DNA of 64,000 nucleotides from Nemertoderma westbladi (taxonomy: Eukaryota > Animalia > Xenacoelomorpha). The stretch's first letter is position 1, and every line of letters begins with the position of its first letter. The stretch is taken from positions 1 through 64,000 of the forward strand of contig JAUCBJ010002052.1 of NCBI GenBank assembly GCA_032718475.1. The letters run 5' to 3'. A program made the translations under genes and the position numbers. Positions 12,001-23,504 of the stretch are shown piece by piece. A model generated the notes under the pieces. It saw nothing but the letters and a program-made list of their open reading frames with translations. It was not told where the DNA came from and searched no databases.

Positions 12001-13974
12001 GGTCTGCATTTTGTTTGAGTAGTTTGTACGCGTAGCGTAATATTTATTATTCAGAGTTTATGCGATTATTCGCAACATTCATTCCCCAAGTTTGTTCCTA
12101 CAATAATTGTGTTTGTTATACATACCGCTATAGTTAAATTAACCCCGGTACTACACGGGCTGCTTGGCGTAGGTAAAGACTGGTGATTTTGTGCACCGGT
12201 CACTCCAGCAGATGCCGTGGTTCTTTTAACTGTTCAAGTATATTTAACTACTGATTATATGTTGTACAAGTACTCGTACCTAATTTAGGGTTTAGTGTAC
12301 AGTGCTTTCCGAAAGTAATTAGTGTAGGCATTATATTTGTGTTGTAAAGTGGTTGATAGGCACGTTCGATTAGCTCTATTAACTTCTAGGTAGGAACACT
12401 CCGTGATACATAACGTAGTACCTATAGCGATACGGCTATAGGTCGTCAGGCGGTGGTATTTTCCTATCTGGACAACGCAGTGTATTTACTACTACGTATT
12501 ATTTTCAAATACCGCAGTACCCTGTCCGTTGTAATAACCAGATTTCTAACCCTTTGTTAGGCTGGTTTGTAGACTTCTTGTAAAATTACCCTGAAAATTC
12601 GTATTTTGTGTTTTTTGTAAATTTTTGTGTTTATTTAGAGATTGTAATCTCAACCCGAATCGTACGTAATTTGTAGTATTAAGTAACTTAGGTAAATTAG
12701 AATTATTTGTTTTAGTGTCCTATAAGTAACACTTCACTGAAAGCGCACCGCTTTGTGTAGTGATTACTCCCCAGAAATAATAACATTTATTTCAAACATC
12801 GACAAAACCCATTAAAACGGGTATATATATATTATAAATCAAATCTAACGATTTATAAATAGTAGGCCTACCATACAACCATTAGGTCTCAATATCAGTT
12901 GGACTACTGCTCAAATAGCGGTAATAAAGTAAGTAAAGTAACCAAGTAACCCTAAAATTCAGAAATTCAATTATTTAAAATAATTGATATACCGGTATTT
13001 ACGATAGGCCTATTATCTTTATTTCTATAAATTTAGGCTGAAATTATACCGGTACTTGTAATTAATTCTAGTCCAGAATTATATATACTACAAACTGTAA
13101 GCTGTATACCGGTATTCCCGATAGGCCTCCCTATTTAAATAACTTGCGATATTTGCAAAGCTAGCCTTTTAAGTTTTAGCAATGGTGTGGACCAAGTATG
13201 TTGTAAGTACTTAACATATCTTTAAGTGCAACTACGTAGTTCTACTAAGTATAGCAAGTTTAATGCATATACTTTGAAAGCTTAGAAAGTTTCTAGCAAG
13301 GGCTTTGAATGTATTTATATGTACAACTACTTAGTTTTAGAGGGTATAACAAGTTTTAAGGAGGCACTTAGAAAGATTAGTACATCTCAACCATGTAATT
13401 TGAAAAAGTATAAAATTGTATTGACTTCGGAATATATGGTGACTGCACGGGTGTTATATTCTTCCAATTTTTAATGAAACATCAAGATGAATCTAATTTT
13501 CGTTTAAGGTCATTAGTTTTGTCGAGCTTGCATGACACTTTGTGACAGAGGGGTGGGGGGGGGGGGGGGGGGGTCTCAAAAATCTGTAAAATTTGCGCGA
13601 CCTACTTTATGAACGCCTTCCTATCTCATATGCTGCTTTCTATGGACGGACTGAATCTCACCGGTCTTATCTATACGTCATTATATATAGATCCTGATCT
13701 GCCTGAGTTTCATAAATTTTCATTTTCGAATAAAAATAATATATCAATTATTATTTAACATTTATTACTATACAAATTGCGTTTCACACTAAAACAATAT
13801 GAATAATGAAATAAAACACAGTGTATCTATTAATTTATAATTCTCAATATCAGCAAATTTAGACATCAGAATAAAAAATATAGTATCTAACACTAAATAA
13901 ACAAGAAATCAAAGAGTTAAAATAAGTAATTCATTTAAATTAAATAAAGACCATAAAATTGATGGTCTTTATTT

Positions 13975-14242
13975 GAGACAGGGGGGGGGGGGGGGGACTG
14001 GACGCAAAACCCGCATCGGCGAATTAATATCCCGCCACAATGTTAAATTCTCAATTTAGGGAAAGGAGCAGGTTACAGTGGTACGTTATTTTAACCAAAA
14101 CAATAAACTAAACACAATAGAACAGGTTACGGTTTTATATTTTGAGAGTAATCAGCTGTTATTTGCGTCGAATTTCCCCTAGTGAGGGATGAATTTTTAT
14201 TGCGTCCAGTTCCCCCCCCCCCCCCTACCCCCCCCCTATCTG
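13975..14242. mobile_element. MITE with poly-G/poly-C TIRs (copy 1)
   Basis: G-run-ACTGGACGCAA ... TTGCGTCCAGT-C-run; second copy at 40493-40728. Confidence 0.8.
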
Positions 14243-14748
14243 CTTTATTTAATTTAAATGAATGGAACATGTTTTACATTTAATGTAAAACATGTTCCAT
14301 TTATACATTTTTACAGGAGGGGTTTGAAAAAACCAGCCGCTTTAACTATTGACAGCATTGCGTGTTAAGTAGTAGTTGGCATTGAAAACTTTGTCGTGGT
14401 ATAGTGACTTCGTTTTACAAGCGAAGCAAATCAGTGCAATAATTGAGGCCGACAAGGGTCGTTAACTCATAATACTGCCAAGTGCACTTGGCATGTAATG
14501 CTGTACATACTACAATGGCCTATAATAAAATTGATGTACAGTTAACAAGTATAATTAACCATAAAAAATAAATGTATAACAAAAACAAATTAAACAGTAT
14601 CTACCATAGGTGTACGTACTTTCTTGAAGGCAGATTGAAGTTTATTTAATGACGCATTAAGATTAACACATATGAATAAAATAAATGTACGTTCACACAC
14701 CAGTAGTTAACTATGGTAATGTTTATACACCATTATTTTAAGATTCGA

Positions 14749-15737
14749 CTATTTAATGCCTGTTTTAGAGATCGCATTTTTCGTTCTGATGGTAAAATCA
14801 CTAAGTTTCAAGATCGTATACAGCATCTTCGGGAATCCCTGTATCGCCACCAGGTAGTCAGACTTGGAGTACGTTTTAGAGCCTCAATGAAGTTCCAGAT
14901 GACGGGACAAGAACTCCAACTGGCTCTTCATATTTTCAGAAACCGGATTCAACCACACTCCGAACGAGTTGGTGAGGTGGGCCTTCTTTAAATTCCCATT
15001 ATTTAGTGGTTGAATCCGGAGAACGGCGAAACGCAGCAACGACTTCTGTCAGTCGTGGCCATCGGAAAAGTTGGTTATAACAACCGAGACAGTAATACAG
15101 AGAGAGTTTTCGTCGGTAAAACTCTGTGCTGAAACGTAGATCTGTAGATATCAGTGCACAAGAGTTCTCAGGTTCTCTCTGACTTAGATCAATCCGTCCA
15201 AAATATCTCTCGTTTTCAAATATAAAAAGAACCGCATTCCAGCATTCAGTGGTTTTTCCGCTTTATAAAAACGTCCATGAATCCATTTTTACCAACTTCG
15301 GGAATATCAGCCACCCACAAATCGATACCAGCAACGAGTTTACCATAACTAACCGATACGGTCCTTCTCATTGCTGCATTGAGGTAAGAAATTTGCCGGT
15401 TTTCAATCGAAATCGGCAACTTACTCGTAACGCTGAAGGAGTGCAGGAACGCAAGGCGTCGGGCAGTCGGGACCCCATGGAAGTGGAATGCGAATGGCGG
15501 AACCGATGGTCGTATCGTAAGTACCTCCAGCGACTTTCATATGCGGTAGGCCTACAGAGTGCGATACTGAAATATACGCAGAGCCGTCAGTCTCCTTCCT
15601 ACAGGGCGATACAGCAATCCACGGATCGCGTTTGGGCGACCCGACAAGTGGCGTGGCGGTTTAACAGTCCACACTGTGTTTCCAGATGCCAGAGTTGTTG
15701 CCAGTGCAACAAACAACACAGCACTTCTAAGTATCAC
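14749..15737 (-). pseudogene. Putative decayed coding sequence of unknown family inside the nested transposon
   Basis: GC-richer island; signal-peptide-like start (ILRSAVLFVALATTLAS); reading continues through several stops and one frameshift; the + strand ORFs are its in-phase antisense shadows. Confidence 0.35.
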
Positions 15738-16556
15738 TAGACTACTGGACTAGGCTATCCACTAGGCCCCTATCACTATCTGATAATCAGCAATAATTAT
15801 ATCACCTTATTCATTATTACTGTATTAAATTACTACAGTACTACTACTATCTGACTACAACTGTATAAACAGATAAACAGATAAAACAAAGAATTAGCAG
15901 TCTCAGCCTATAAAAATTAGTAGGCCTACCATACTGCCATCAGGCCATAGACAGATAGAGACTGCATTGGTAATTCAGTATAGGGCCTACTGCATGTATC
16001 AGTGTGATTGCAGCATTACATACAGAATGGCCCCCGCTAGCGGTACCTGAAGATCTGATGTGCCAGCAGTCCTTATTATAGTAGTCCTTGACAGAAAGTT
16101 ACCTGTAGTTGGTACCACCTGTACAATACAACAAATCTTCAAAGCCTAGTACAGTAGTATGATATGGAATGCCCGCCAAAACATTGCTATCCAGTGTAGG
16201 CCTACAACATACTTCACTTCTATTGGACAATTTTAATTGAAAAAAAAGCGGGAAATTATGTAGGTATGAAATTCTCCCCCTCTGTAATTCCATTAAATGA
16301 CTTCACAAATTTGTTATTAATTCCACTTAAAAATTTGTCAAATTTGCTAATTTTTTTCAAATATAATAAGGATTGGATATATTTTTGTATATTTGTTAAG
16401 TACTGATAAGTACTTGGAATATCTAGTACACGATTTTTAAAACATTGTAGATTACAAAAGTACTTCGGACTTAACAAATTTAACAAATATTTACACTGTA
16501 AATGGCATGGGCTTAGTTAGTCTACTCTGATTTTTCAATAGGGCTATTATATATTT

Positions 16557-16771
16557 ATATATATTTGTGCTAAAATTATATACCGGTTTCTGTGAAAAAC
16601 CTAGTCTGTAATAATACTTATATATACAATAAGCATACCGGTATTCTAATATATTATATATATATATATATATTGTGCTAAAATTATATACCGGTTTCTG
16701 TGAAAAACCTAGTCTGTAATAATACTTATATATACAATAAGCATACCGGTATTCTAATATATTATATATAT
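16557..16771 (+). repeat. ~110-bp tandem duplication upstream of gag (single copy in A)
   Basis: TGTGCTAAAATTATATACCGG...TCTAATATATT occurs twice. Confidence 0.85.
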
Positions 16772-16887
16772 CACGCTACACTGAGTAGCAGTATCGGTAA
16801 TTAATTACTAGGCTAGCAGTTAACACTAAATTACTAGACTTGCTTAGACTGTAATATAGCGGTAGACATTCAACTGTGTAAACAAAC

Positions 16888-19800
16888 ATGTCTGATACTA
16901 AGCAGAACCTGTCAGACAGTTTATTAGATGTAACTATCTGCGACTCAGATAAAGGTGTAGAACCGTCTAAACCTAAGTTCAGTTCACCTCCCACTGTGAG
17001 GAAGGTCATCCCTACAGTAGTAATAACAGAACCTAGGCAGGTCCAACATCGTAGGTCTATCATAGGCACTCGAGCTCAGGTCAAGCGGGACCAAAAAGCA
17101 GCGGAACAGCAACCACCCGCGAGCCAAGAACTTATTTCTCAGCAGCCCGACAGCTCCAGTAGTGAAGATACTGTAGAACTGACACCCGAGCGCGGAGCAA
17201 GGATGACGGATGCGGTTTATTCGGATCCCCTTCTCATCCTTCCTGCAGCCGTACTCACTAGGCTATTGATCGCGGTGGAAGAACACCAGATCGATTGGGC
17301 GAGAAGTAAGCGCTCAACTAAAGATAGTTATGCGGGATACACAAAGGAAGAACTGAAATCTATGGTCGAGTTGCAATGGAACTTCCCCGGACCCGGACTC
17401 CCGTTTGATTTATCAGAAGCTGCCTGGGAAGACATACACCGGATGGGAGTAGCCAAGGAAACCATCGATCCAGCTGTGTGGAAGAGGTCCGCAGCCGGAT
17501 ACGCACAAGGATTCTTCAGCTCTATGGAGCGAGTAGAAAAACAACTGTTACAACAAACTCAAGGACCTCAAGAGCAGGGACAACTGCTTTATCAAGTTAG
17601 AGAAAGAATTCTGCGAATTAGGCTAATATTATCAGCCTTTGAAGAGGCTTCTAAAAGAAGACAAGACACGTCGTTGCAAGTTGCCGTAAAGACTTGGTTT
17701 CAACGGGTGAGTCGCCAGGTTCAAGGAACAGCTCAGTGGAAAGATCAGCTGGAGGAGCGCTCAACCCATGGAGAATCAACAGACGCTACTTTTTCCCAAG
17801 TGGAAAGTGAAGCGACGGCAGAGAAACCGCATAAGAGGGATGCCATTGACATCTATCTGTCAGACTATCAACGTTTTGTAGGAGATGAAGAGTTGAGGAG
17901 AAGGTTAGCGGGACTTAGTCCTAATAGTGAAGGAGCCCAGCGTGTGTTGGATGCAATTGATGTGGATAGGTTAGCGGCGAACCAAGCTAAATTCGATGAA
18001 CAACTCCGCATCGCTAGAGACCAAGAAGAAAAAGTAAGGAAAAAACGTATAGAAGACAGAAAGATAGCAGCAGTGGCAGAGGCAGAAAGAAAAGCGACCT
18101 TGGCAGCGGCAGCAGCAGAAGCAGCGGCAGAGGCAAAAGCGGCAGCAGCGGCAGCGGCAGAGGCAAAAGCGGCAGCGGTGGCGGAAGCAGAACGGAGAGC
18201 GGCTGAAGAGATCGCCCAACTGGAGTTGGAAAATCTTCAAGAGAAGCAAGACGACTTCAGTAAACAGTTAACAGCTAGTAATATGCAGATGATGAATCGA
18301 TCTACTCCCAAAAGACAGGGTTATACATCATCTGAGGAAGGCGATACCACCGACACTGAAGGCGGAGGAAGTCGATCTCGCCTAAGCAGACGTAAAAGAA
18401 CATTCCACCGTCAGAAATTGCCTGATTTGTCTCCAGCTTTAAGAAGGCAACTAAATAACACCAACATAGCGAGTACAGAACCCACAGACCAAATAATTAC
18501 AATAGAGAGACTCCCTACTATAGTAGATGAGCCTGAAATAATTAGGCCTGTTCCCGAAGCTACCCTTTCGGTCGTAGAGACACCTGTACTCCCTGAACCT
18601 ACCTCTCAATTCCCGTTGCACAGTACTAAGCTACCTGTGCCCAGCAGAACAGCCCATGAGACAGTTCATGCTCTGGACTCCGAGCGAAATATTCATGATT
18701 TGTCGCCCGTTGTCCCTCGTCCGCCCGCTACAACGTTGGCGGATCCCGTTTCGGCGGTTGATTGGGTGGACGAGAGACGGCGGGGGATGGACATTCTCCT
18801 CGGAAAGATGGAGGAGAATCAAATGCGCTCCTCCCAACAGGTCCGAGAGTTAGAAGGGACTGTTCAACAGTTAAAGGGAACCGTAAAGGAAAGTAGGTTA
18901 GAGTTGCAGGAGGTGCAGCAAAATATCGCGCTAGAACGTGATAAATTAGTAAATTTACAAAAGGGTATACCACCACCCCTTGTAACAATGTGTCAACCTG
19001 TTAGGTCTGAAGTATCTCATGCGCAAGGTGTGGAGCCTACACGCATCTATACTGCTAGCGAAGTAGAAACTCCTATAGTGAACCCTATTAAGGGTAATTA
19101 TAGACCTGTTGATAATGATATTCCCTATAGACCGGATCATAATGCGAGAAATTTATATACCGATAACTCGATATTAAATAACACGATGGCCCAAGAAAGT
19201 TTTACGCGTCAAATGGCTAGAACTGAAGCCCGGCAAGCGGTAAAGGTGGGAGAGATCGTCAAGTTCAATGGAGATGAGATGAAATGGTTACCTTTTAATG
19301 AATATTACAAAGATAACATACAGAACTCTGTCCTATCTAATGGAGAGAAACTTAGATTCCTCATCGAGTGCTTGGAAGGATCTCCCAAGTTAATGGCGTT
19401 AAAGTTTATTGGACATCCAGACGGATTAAGACAAGTTTGGGATACACTAAACATCAGGTATGGTAATAGGAATAACATAGCTGGGTATTTGTATGCAAAG
19501 TTGGTAGCGCCCCGAAAGTTTATTAGCAGCGGAATTATAGAGTTTTCCGATGAGATTCAGGAGATCTGTAGACAATTAGATTGGCTAGGTAAGTCTCATG
19601 AGTATCAGAATGCTATGGTTATTAGAGCAGTGGCTTCTACTTTACCGAAGGGTGGAGTAGGTACACGCTGGGATAAGAAAGTGTTATATATGATGGAACA
19701 ACAACGACGAGACCCTACCATGGCTGATCTCATGTCATTCCTAGATGGAGAAGTGAAATTACAGCTCCTGAAACTGTCCAGAGAGAAGACACTGGAAAAC

Positions 19801-21834
19801 AAGGTAAGTGAGAAACCCGTTTCTAGGAGAAGGGTAATACCAGTGTGTTATACAGACGACAGCAAAAGCCAGACTTCTCAAGGAGAGGATAGCGGGAAAG
19901 ACACTGAAAGATCTTACTATGACAACAAAACGCCTAAAGACCAGGTAAGTAAATTCAAGTCTCGAACCAATGACAGGAGAGAACAGGTAAGAAAAACTCC
20001 TCCTACGTCTCCCAAGAGAATTCAGGTGAGAAAGCCCGAGGAAAGAACGAACGTGCACCACACAGCACATGTTAAAGTAAGTAACATCAAGCCCAAATGT
20101 GTGCTGTGCGATGGGCCCCACCGTTTAAGTGCGTGTGATGAATTCCTGAGGAAATCTCTAAAGGACAGACGTGAAGTCATGTGGGATAAGCGGTTGTGTT
20201 ATAATTGCCTCGGACGAGGACACCAACGGCGAACCTGTTGCTCCGACGCAAGGTGTGCAAAGTGCGGTGCGAAACATCATATCTTGTTGCACACTGAATT
20301 CGAGCGAAATAGTCCGAGTCAGGTGAGTGATTCCGAACTACATGTCCAATTCAGTGATGTGAATGACACTGATCAATCTGAGATGGAAGGATTCTATACG
20401 GACGAGTTCTCCGACGAAAACGAATCCTGTTACATGATAAATACCGCAGTGTATCGAGCACTCACTCATGAAAAAGATACAGACAGCGACCTCACCCTAA
20501 CTACTTCTGATCGACAACCATACTGGAAAGCGCCACCTTCCAATGTAGGAATCCGAGAATTTCCTGTAGTCCAGTTACGGGTCCACAGACCTCAGAAGAG
20601 CTATATAGTGAACGCCCTCCTGGACTCCGGCAGCACAGGAACATTCATCGATAAAGAACTAGCCGAAGACATCTTTGCTGGACAACCCAAGTTCCGAACC
20701 AAGCTAAACATGTCAGGGATCATGCAGGTTTGGAAATCTGCTGTGGCTGCCGACTATTATATAGGTGAGTTGTCCACTCCACAGGATAAACTAGGAGAAC
20801 ACAGTATAAGGTCAGTCAAAATGGTGGCAATAAAGAACTTCGTTACCACCCAAGTGGAACCTTATAATTGGGACGAAGATGATCATGCCCAACAACTTAA
20901 CATTCCTAGATTCAACACCGATTATCCTGGAGTACAAATATTAATCGGTCAAAACGCGCATGAGGCGCTGGAGACATTGGAGAAACGACCTGCTCAACCG
21001 CAACCACTTCAGACCTATGCGGTAAGAACTAGAGTAGGTTGGTACCTTACTGGACCTTCCCGAAGAACGCTCAGAGAAAGACTGCTTCAAGATCGCGTCT
21101 GCCAGGTGAGTGAATGGGAAGATGATACTAGTGAGGGAGACGACCCAACTGAGGGAACACCATACTCCTCAGATAATGACGATATTAGCTCCAATGTAGA
21201 TCAATGGAGATATTGCCCCAAGAAGTTTAATCCAACTGACATCGCTTCCAGAGGAACAACTCCTCAAGAACTGACAGATACTACAGACCGGTTAGGTGAA
21301 CCCGACTTCCTGAGTAAGGAGGATGAATGGCCTCCCCATCTTACTCCGACTGAGATTAGACCAGCCAAGGGAGCGGAGAAAGTCAAACCTAAAACCCGGA
21401 CGGGTGGATCGGAGTTATTTGAACCCGGGATAGATCTGTCGGTATTACATATTGCCAGGGACGACGCCGTGGATCTGGACCTCCCCACCGCGAGTGGATC
21501 CTTCATGAAGATCAGAGAGAGCGATTGGAGCTCTGGAACATCAGACGTCTCGCAGGGACTCTCACCTCTCCTGCAGGGAGCGACGGACCACTATAGTTCC
21601 TGGAATCGGCTTTGTAAGGCCGTCGTGTACCTAGAGCGATGTTTCTATCGTCACTATTCCAGGACGAAGAGGAAACCTGGAATTGTATTCGGGATGCAGC
21701 GACTCAATCACCCAGTCGGTCGTTTGTGTTTACCGGAAGGGAATGGAGGACTCTCCGGAAACTGTGGAAGGCAAGATTCTCTTCCCACGACCACCTCCCT
21801 AATCCTTCAAACATCTAGGGACTCCATAACGTAA
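16888..21834 (+). CDS. BEL/Pao Gag-protease polyprotein with vestigial pol (1648 aa)
   Basis: DUF1759-like gag (KFNGDEMKWLPF...EKLRFLIECLEG); knuckles CVLCDGPHRLSAC, CYNCLGRGHQRRTC, CAKCGAKHHILLH; protease ALLDSGS; relic QWRYCPKKFNPTDIASRG; no YxDD or DDE core seen. Confidence 0.92.
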   Translation: MSDTKQNLSDSLLDVTICDSDKGVEPSKPKFSSPPTVRKVIPTVVITEPRQVQHRRSIIGTRAQVKRDQKAAEQQPPASQELISQQPDSSSSEDTVELTPERGARMTDAVYSDPLLILPAAVLTRLLIAVEEHQIDWARSKRSTKDSYAGYTKEELKSMVELQWNFPGPGLPFDLSEAAWEDIHRMGVAKETIDPAVWKRSAAGYAQGFFSSMERVEKQLLQQTQGPQEQGQLLYQVRERILRIRLILSAFEEASKRRQDTSLQVAVKTWFQRVSRQVQGTAQWKDQLEERSTHGESTDATFSQVESEATAEKPHKRDAIDIYLSDYQRFVGDEELRRRLAGLSPNSEGAQRVLDAIDVDRLAANQAKFDEQLRIARDQEEKVRKKRIEDRKIAAVAEAERKATLAAAAAEAAAEAKAAAAAAAEAKAAAVAEAERRAAEEIAQLELENLQEKQDDFSKQLTASNMQMMNRSTPKRQGYTSSEEGDTTDTEGGGSRSRLSRRKRTFHRQKLPDLSPALRRQLNNTNIASTEPTDQIITIERLPTIVDEPEIIRPVPEATLSVVETPVLPEPTSQFPLHSTKLPVPSRTAHETVHALDSERNIHDLSPVVPRPPATTLADPVSAVDWVDERRRGMDILLGKMEENQMRSSQQVRELEGTVQQLKGTVKESRLELQEVQQNIALERDKLVNLQKGIPPPLVTMCQPVRSEVSHAQGVEPTRIYTASEVETPIVNPIKGNYRPVDNDIPYRPDHNARNLYTDNSILNNTMAQESFTRQMARTEARQAVKVGEIVKFNGDEMKWLPFNEYYKDNIQNSVLSNGEKLRFLIECLEGSPKLMALKFIGHPDGLRQVWDTLNIRYGNRNNIAGYLYAKLVAPRKFISSGIIEFSDEIQEICRQLDWLGKSHEYQNAMVIRAVASTLPKGGVGTRWDKKVLYMMEQQRRDPTMADLMSFLDGEVKLQLLKLSREKTLENKVSEKPVSRRRVIPVCYTDDSKSQTSQGEDSGKDTERSYYDNKTPKDQVSKFKSRTNDRREQVRKTPPTSPKRIQVRKPEERTNVHHTAHVKVSNIKPKCVLCDGPHRLSACDEFLRKSLKDRREVMWDKRLCYNCLGRGHQRRTCCSDARCAKCGAKHHILLHTEFERNSPSQVSDSELHVQFSDVNDTDQSEMEGFYTDEFSDENESCYMINTAVYRALTHEKDTDSDLTLTTSDRQPYWKAPPSNVGIREFPVVQLRVHRPQKSYIVNALLDSGSTGTFIDKELAEDIFAGQPKFRTKLNMSGIMQVWKSAVAADYYIGELSTPQDKLGEHSIRSVKMVAIKNFVTTQVEPYNWDEDDHAQQLNIPRFNTDYPGVQILIGQNAHEALETLEKRPAQPQPLQTYAVRTRVGWYLTGPSRRTLRERLLQDRVCQVSEWEDDTSEGDDPTEGTPYSSDNDDISSNVDQWRYCPKKFNPTDIASRGTTPQELTDTTDRLGEPDFLSKEDEWPPHLTPTEIRPAKGAEKVKPKTRTGGSELFEPGIDLSVLHIARDDAVDLDLPTASGSFMKIRESDWSSGTSDVSQGLSPLLQGATDHYSSWNRLCKAVVYLERCFYRHYSRTKRKPGIVFGMQRLNHPVGRLCLPEGNGGLSGNCGRQDSLPTTTSLILQTSRDSIT

Positions 21835-22382
21835 CAACATATGGAGTGGGTGTGTGACTCTATTATTTTGTATTTGTTTTATTTTTATATTTATGTATGT
21901 ATTATTATGTAATTTTATTTTAATCGTTTTATTTAATTTTATTTAGTAGTATGGTATTTTAGAGATTATTTAGTAGATTAGTGCAATATATATTCACGTT
22001 TATTATTTAATTACGTATATTATATATTTAGTACGACGGCAAGAAATAATTCTTTTCCTCTTTCCTTACTGTCCGTATTATATTATAAATACGTGACTAC
22101 AGTAAGATGACATATCCGAACTTATTAAAGTACAATAAAGCCACTACTATGTTCAAGTATTATTGGTAGGCAGAGTATTAGGAATGCAAAGTTCAGATCC
22201 TCGTGTCTCGGCTAAACCAAGCTCTGGGTAGACCTTGGAAACGACTTGCCTCTTCACACTGACATTGCTTCGTGCGATATTGCTCTCATACCGTATATTA
22301 AATAATACATATAGTAGCGTGATGTCCCTTTAACAGTAGCGTATAACGCAAAATAAATCTGTTAAACCCTTTGACCATCTGT

Positions 22383-22660
22383 AATTCTAGTCGATTAAGA
22401 TATCGCGGCACCCACCGATATACTTGAAAGACAAATTCTAGAATCAGTGGTAAACGTCCCCAGACAAGTTCTGGAATAAATCGGTGCCCATCTCAAATAT
22501 TAATTATTTAATATTTGCAAATCTAATAAATCAAAATCTGTAAAATTCAGATCCTTCAACAATTCTAGTCAATTAAGATATCGTAGCATTTACCGATATT
22601 CTTAAAAAGACAATTGTCATAGAATTAAGGATCTTGTGTCCCCAGACATGTTCTAAAATC
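22383..22660 (+). repeat. Diverged ~178-bp-spaced duplication in the 3' region of B
   Basis: AATTCTAGTCRATTAAGATATCG...TCCCCAGACA at 22383 and 22561. Confidence 0.7.
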
Positions 22661-23296
22661 AAAACATGTCAATTTAATTATCAAATAATAAAATTTCAGG
22701 GAATAAATTTAAATTCATGCCTTTTAATGAATTTAATAAATTGCCATTTTTACGCAATTTATAACATTCCCAAAATTCCATTAATTAATAGATCAAGGGA
22801 GCGGAGATTTATCTTCTTATGCGTATGAGTGTGCGAAAGTCTCCCAAACATAGTCAATAGCCGATAAAATTCATAAAGCCATGTATAAAACAGGACATTG
22901 ACCATTAAAGAATTACTATTAAATAACATCCCAGATCTGTATGCATTGGAATTACCCTAATTCTACCGCTAGCTTTGCATAATGTCACCATAGCAACAAC
23001 CACGCTAGAATTAGAATTGAGTTAAAAGAACAATAGAAAGCTTGTCCCATTGAATAGCATAGGGAATAAATAGCGCACTGCTAGTATCCAAGGATACATA
23101 ATAATACAGTGACATTCTGGAAGGCATTGACTAACGGACAAATGGCCCGAATGTGCGTAGTTGTGACCATTTGTGTGGTATTTGTGAGTTTATAGGTGAA
23201 TGTTACTGCTAAAGTGTGTTTACAGTAGCTAGTCGCAATCGTGAAAGTAACCTAACTCTCCAAGGAAAACCTGAAGTACATCTAAGCCTTTGGGAT

Positions 23297-23402
23297 GGAC
23301 AGTGGAGTGACTTGTGCCGGTTGTCGTTGTCGTCGTGCGGCTACGTCGTTGGCGAAAGTACAGCGGCGACGACACATCGGCGCTGAGGATCTCGCACTGT
23401 CC
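23297..23402 (+). other. GC-rich long stem-loop upstream of ORF2
   Basis: GGACAGTG/CACTGTCC, GTGCCGG/TCGGCGC and TGTCGTTGTCG/CGGCGACGACA pairings with G-U wobbles. Confidence 0.6.
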
Positions 23403-23504
23403 GGGGGCTGATTGGGGTAGGCAGCGACGCTCGCTAGCCTAAATATAAACTCATTATAATATTAATAAACTCATATATAGCAGATATGACGGAGTTGATA
23501 GAAG

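Larger units (their letters stand above)
13129..16543. mobile_element. 3.4-kb non-autonomous DNA transposon nested in the 5' UTR of B (CMC/EnSpm-like by its termini)
   Basis: Absent from copy A; termini CCCTATT...AATAGGG; CT on both sides as a 2-bp TSD; AAGTACT(T) subterminal motifs. Confidence 0.75.

Noticed and set aside
23350-23395. Hammerhead ribozyme (GAAA and CTGAGGA); also CTGATGA on the minus strand near 1450
   Set aside because: Could not form stems II and III around the core motifs
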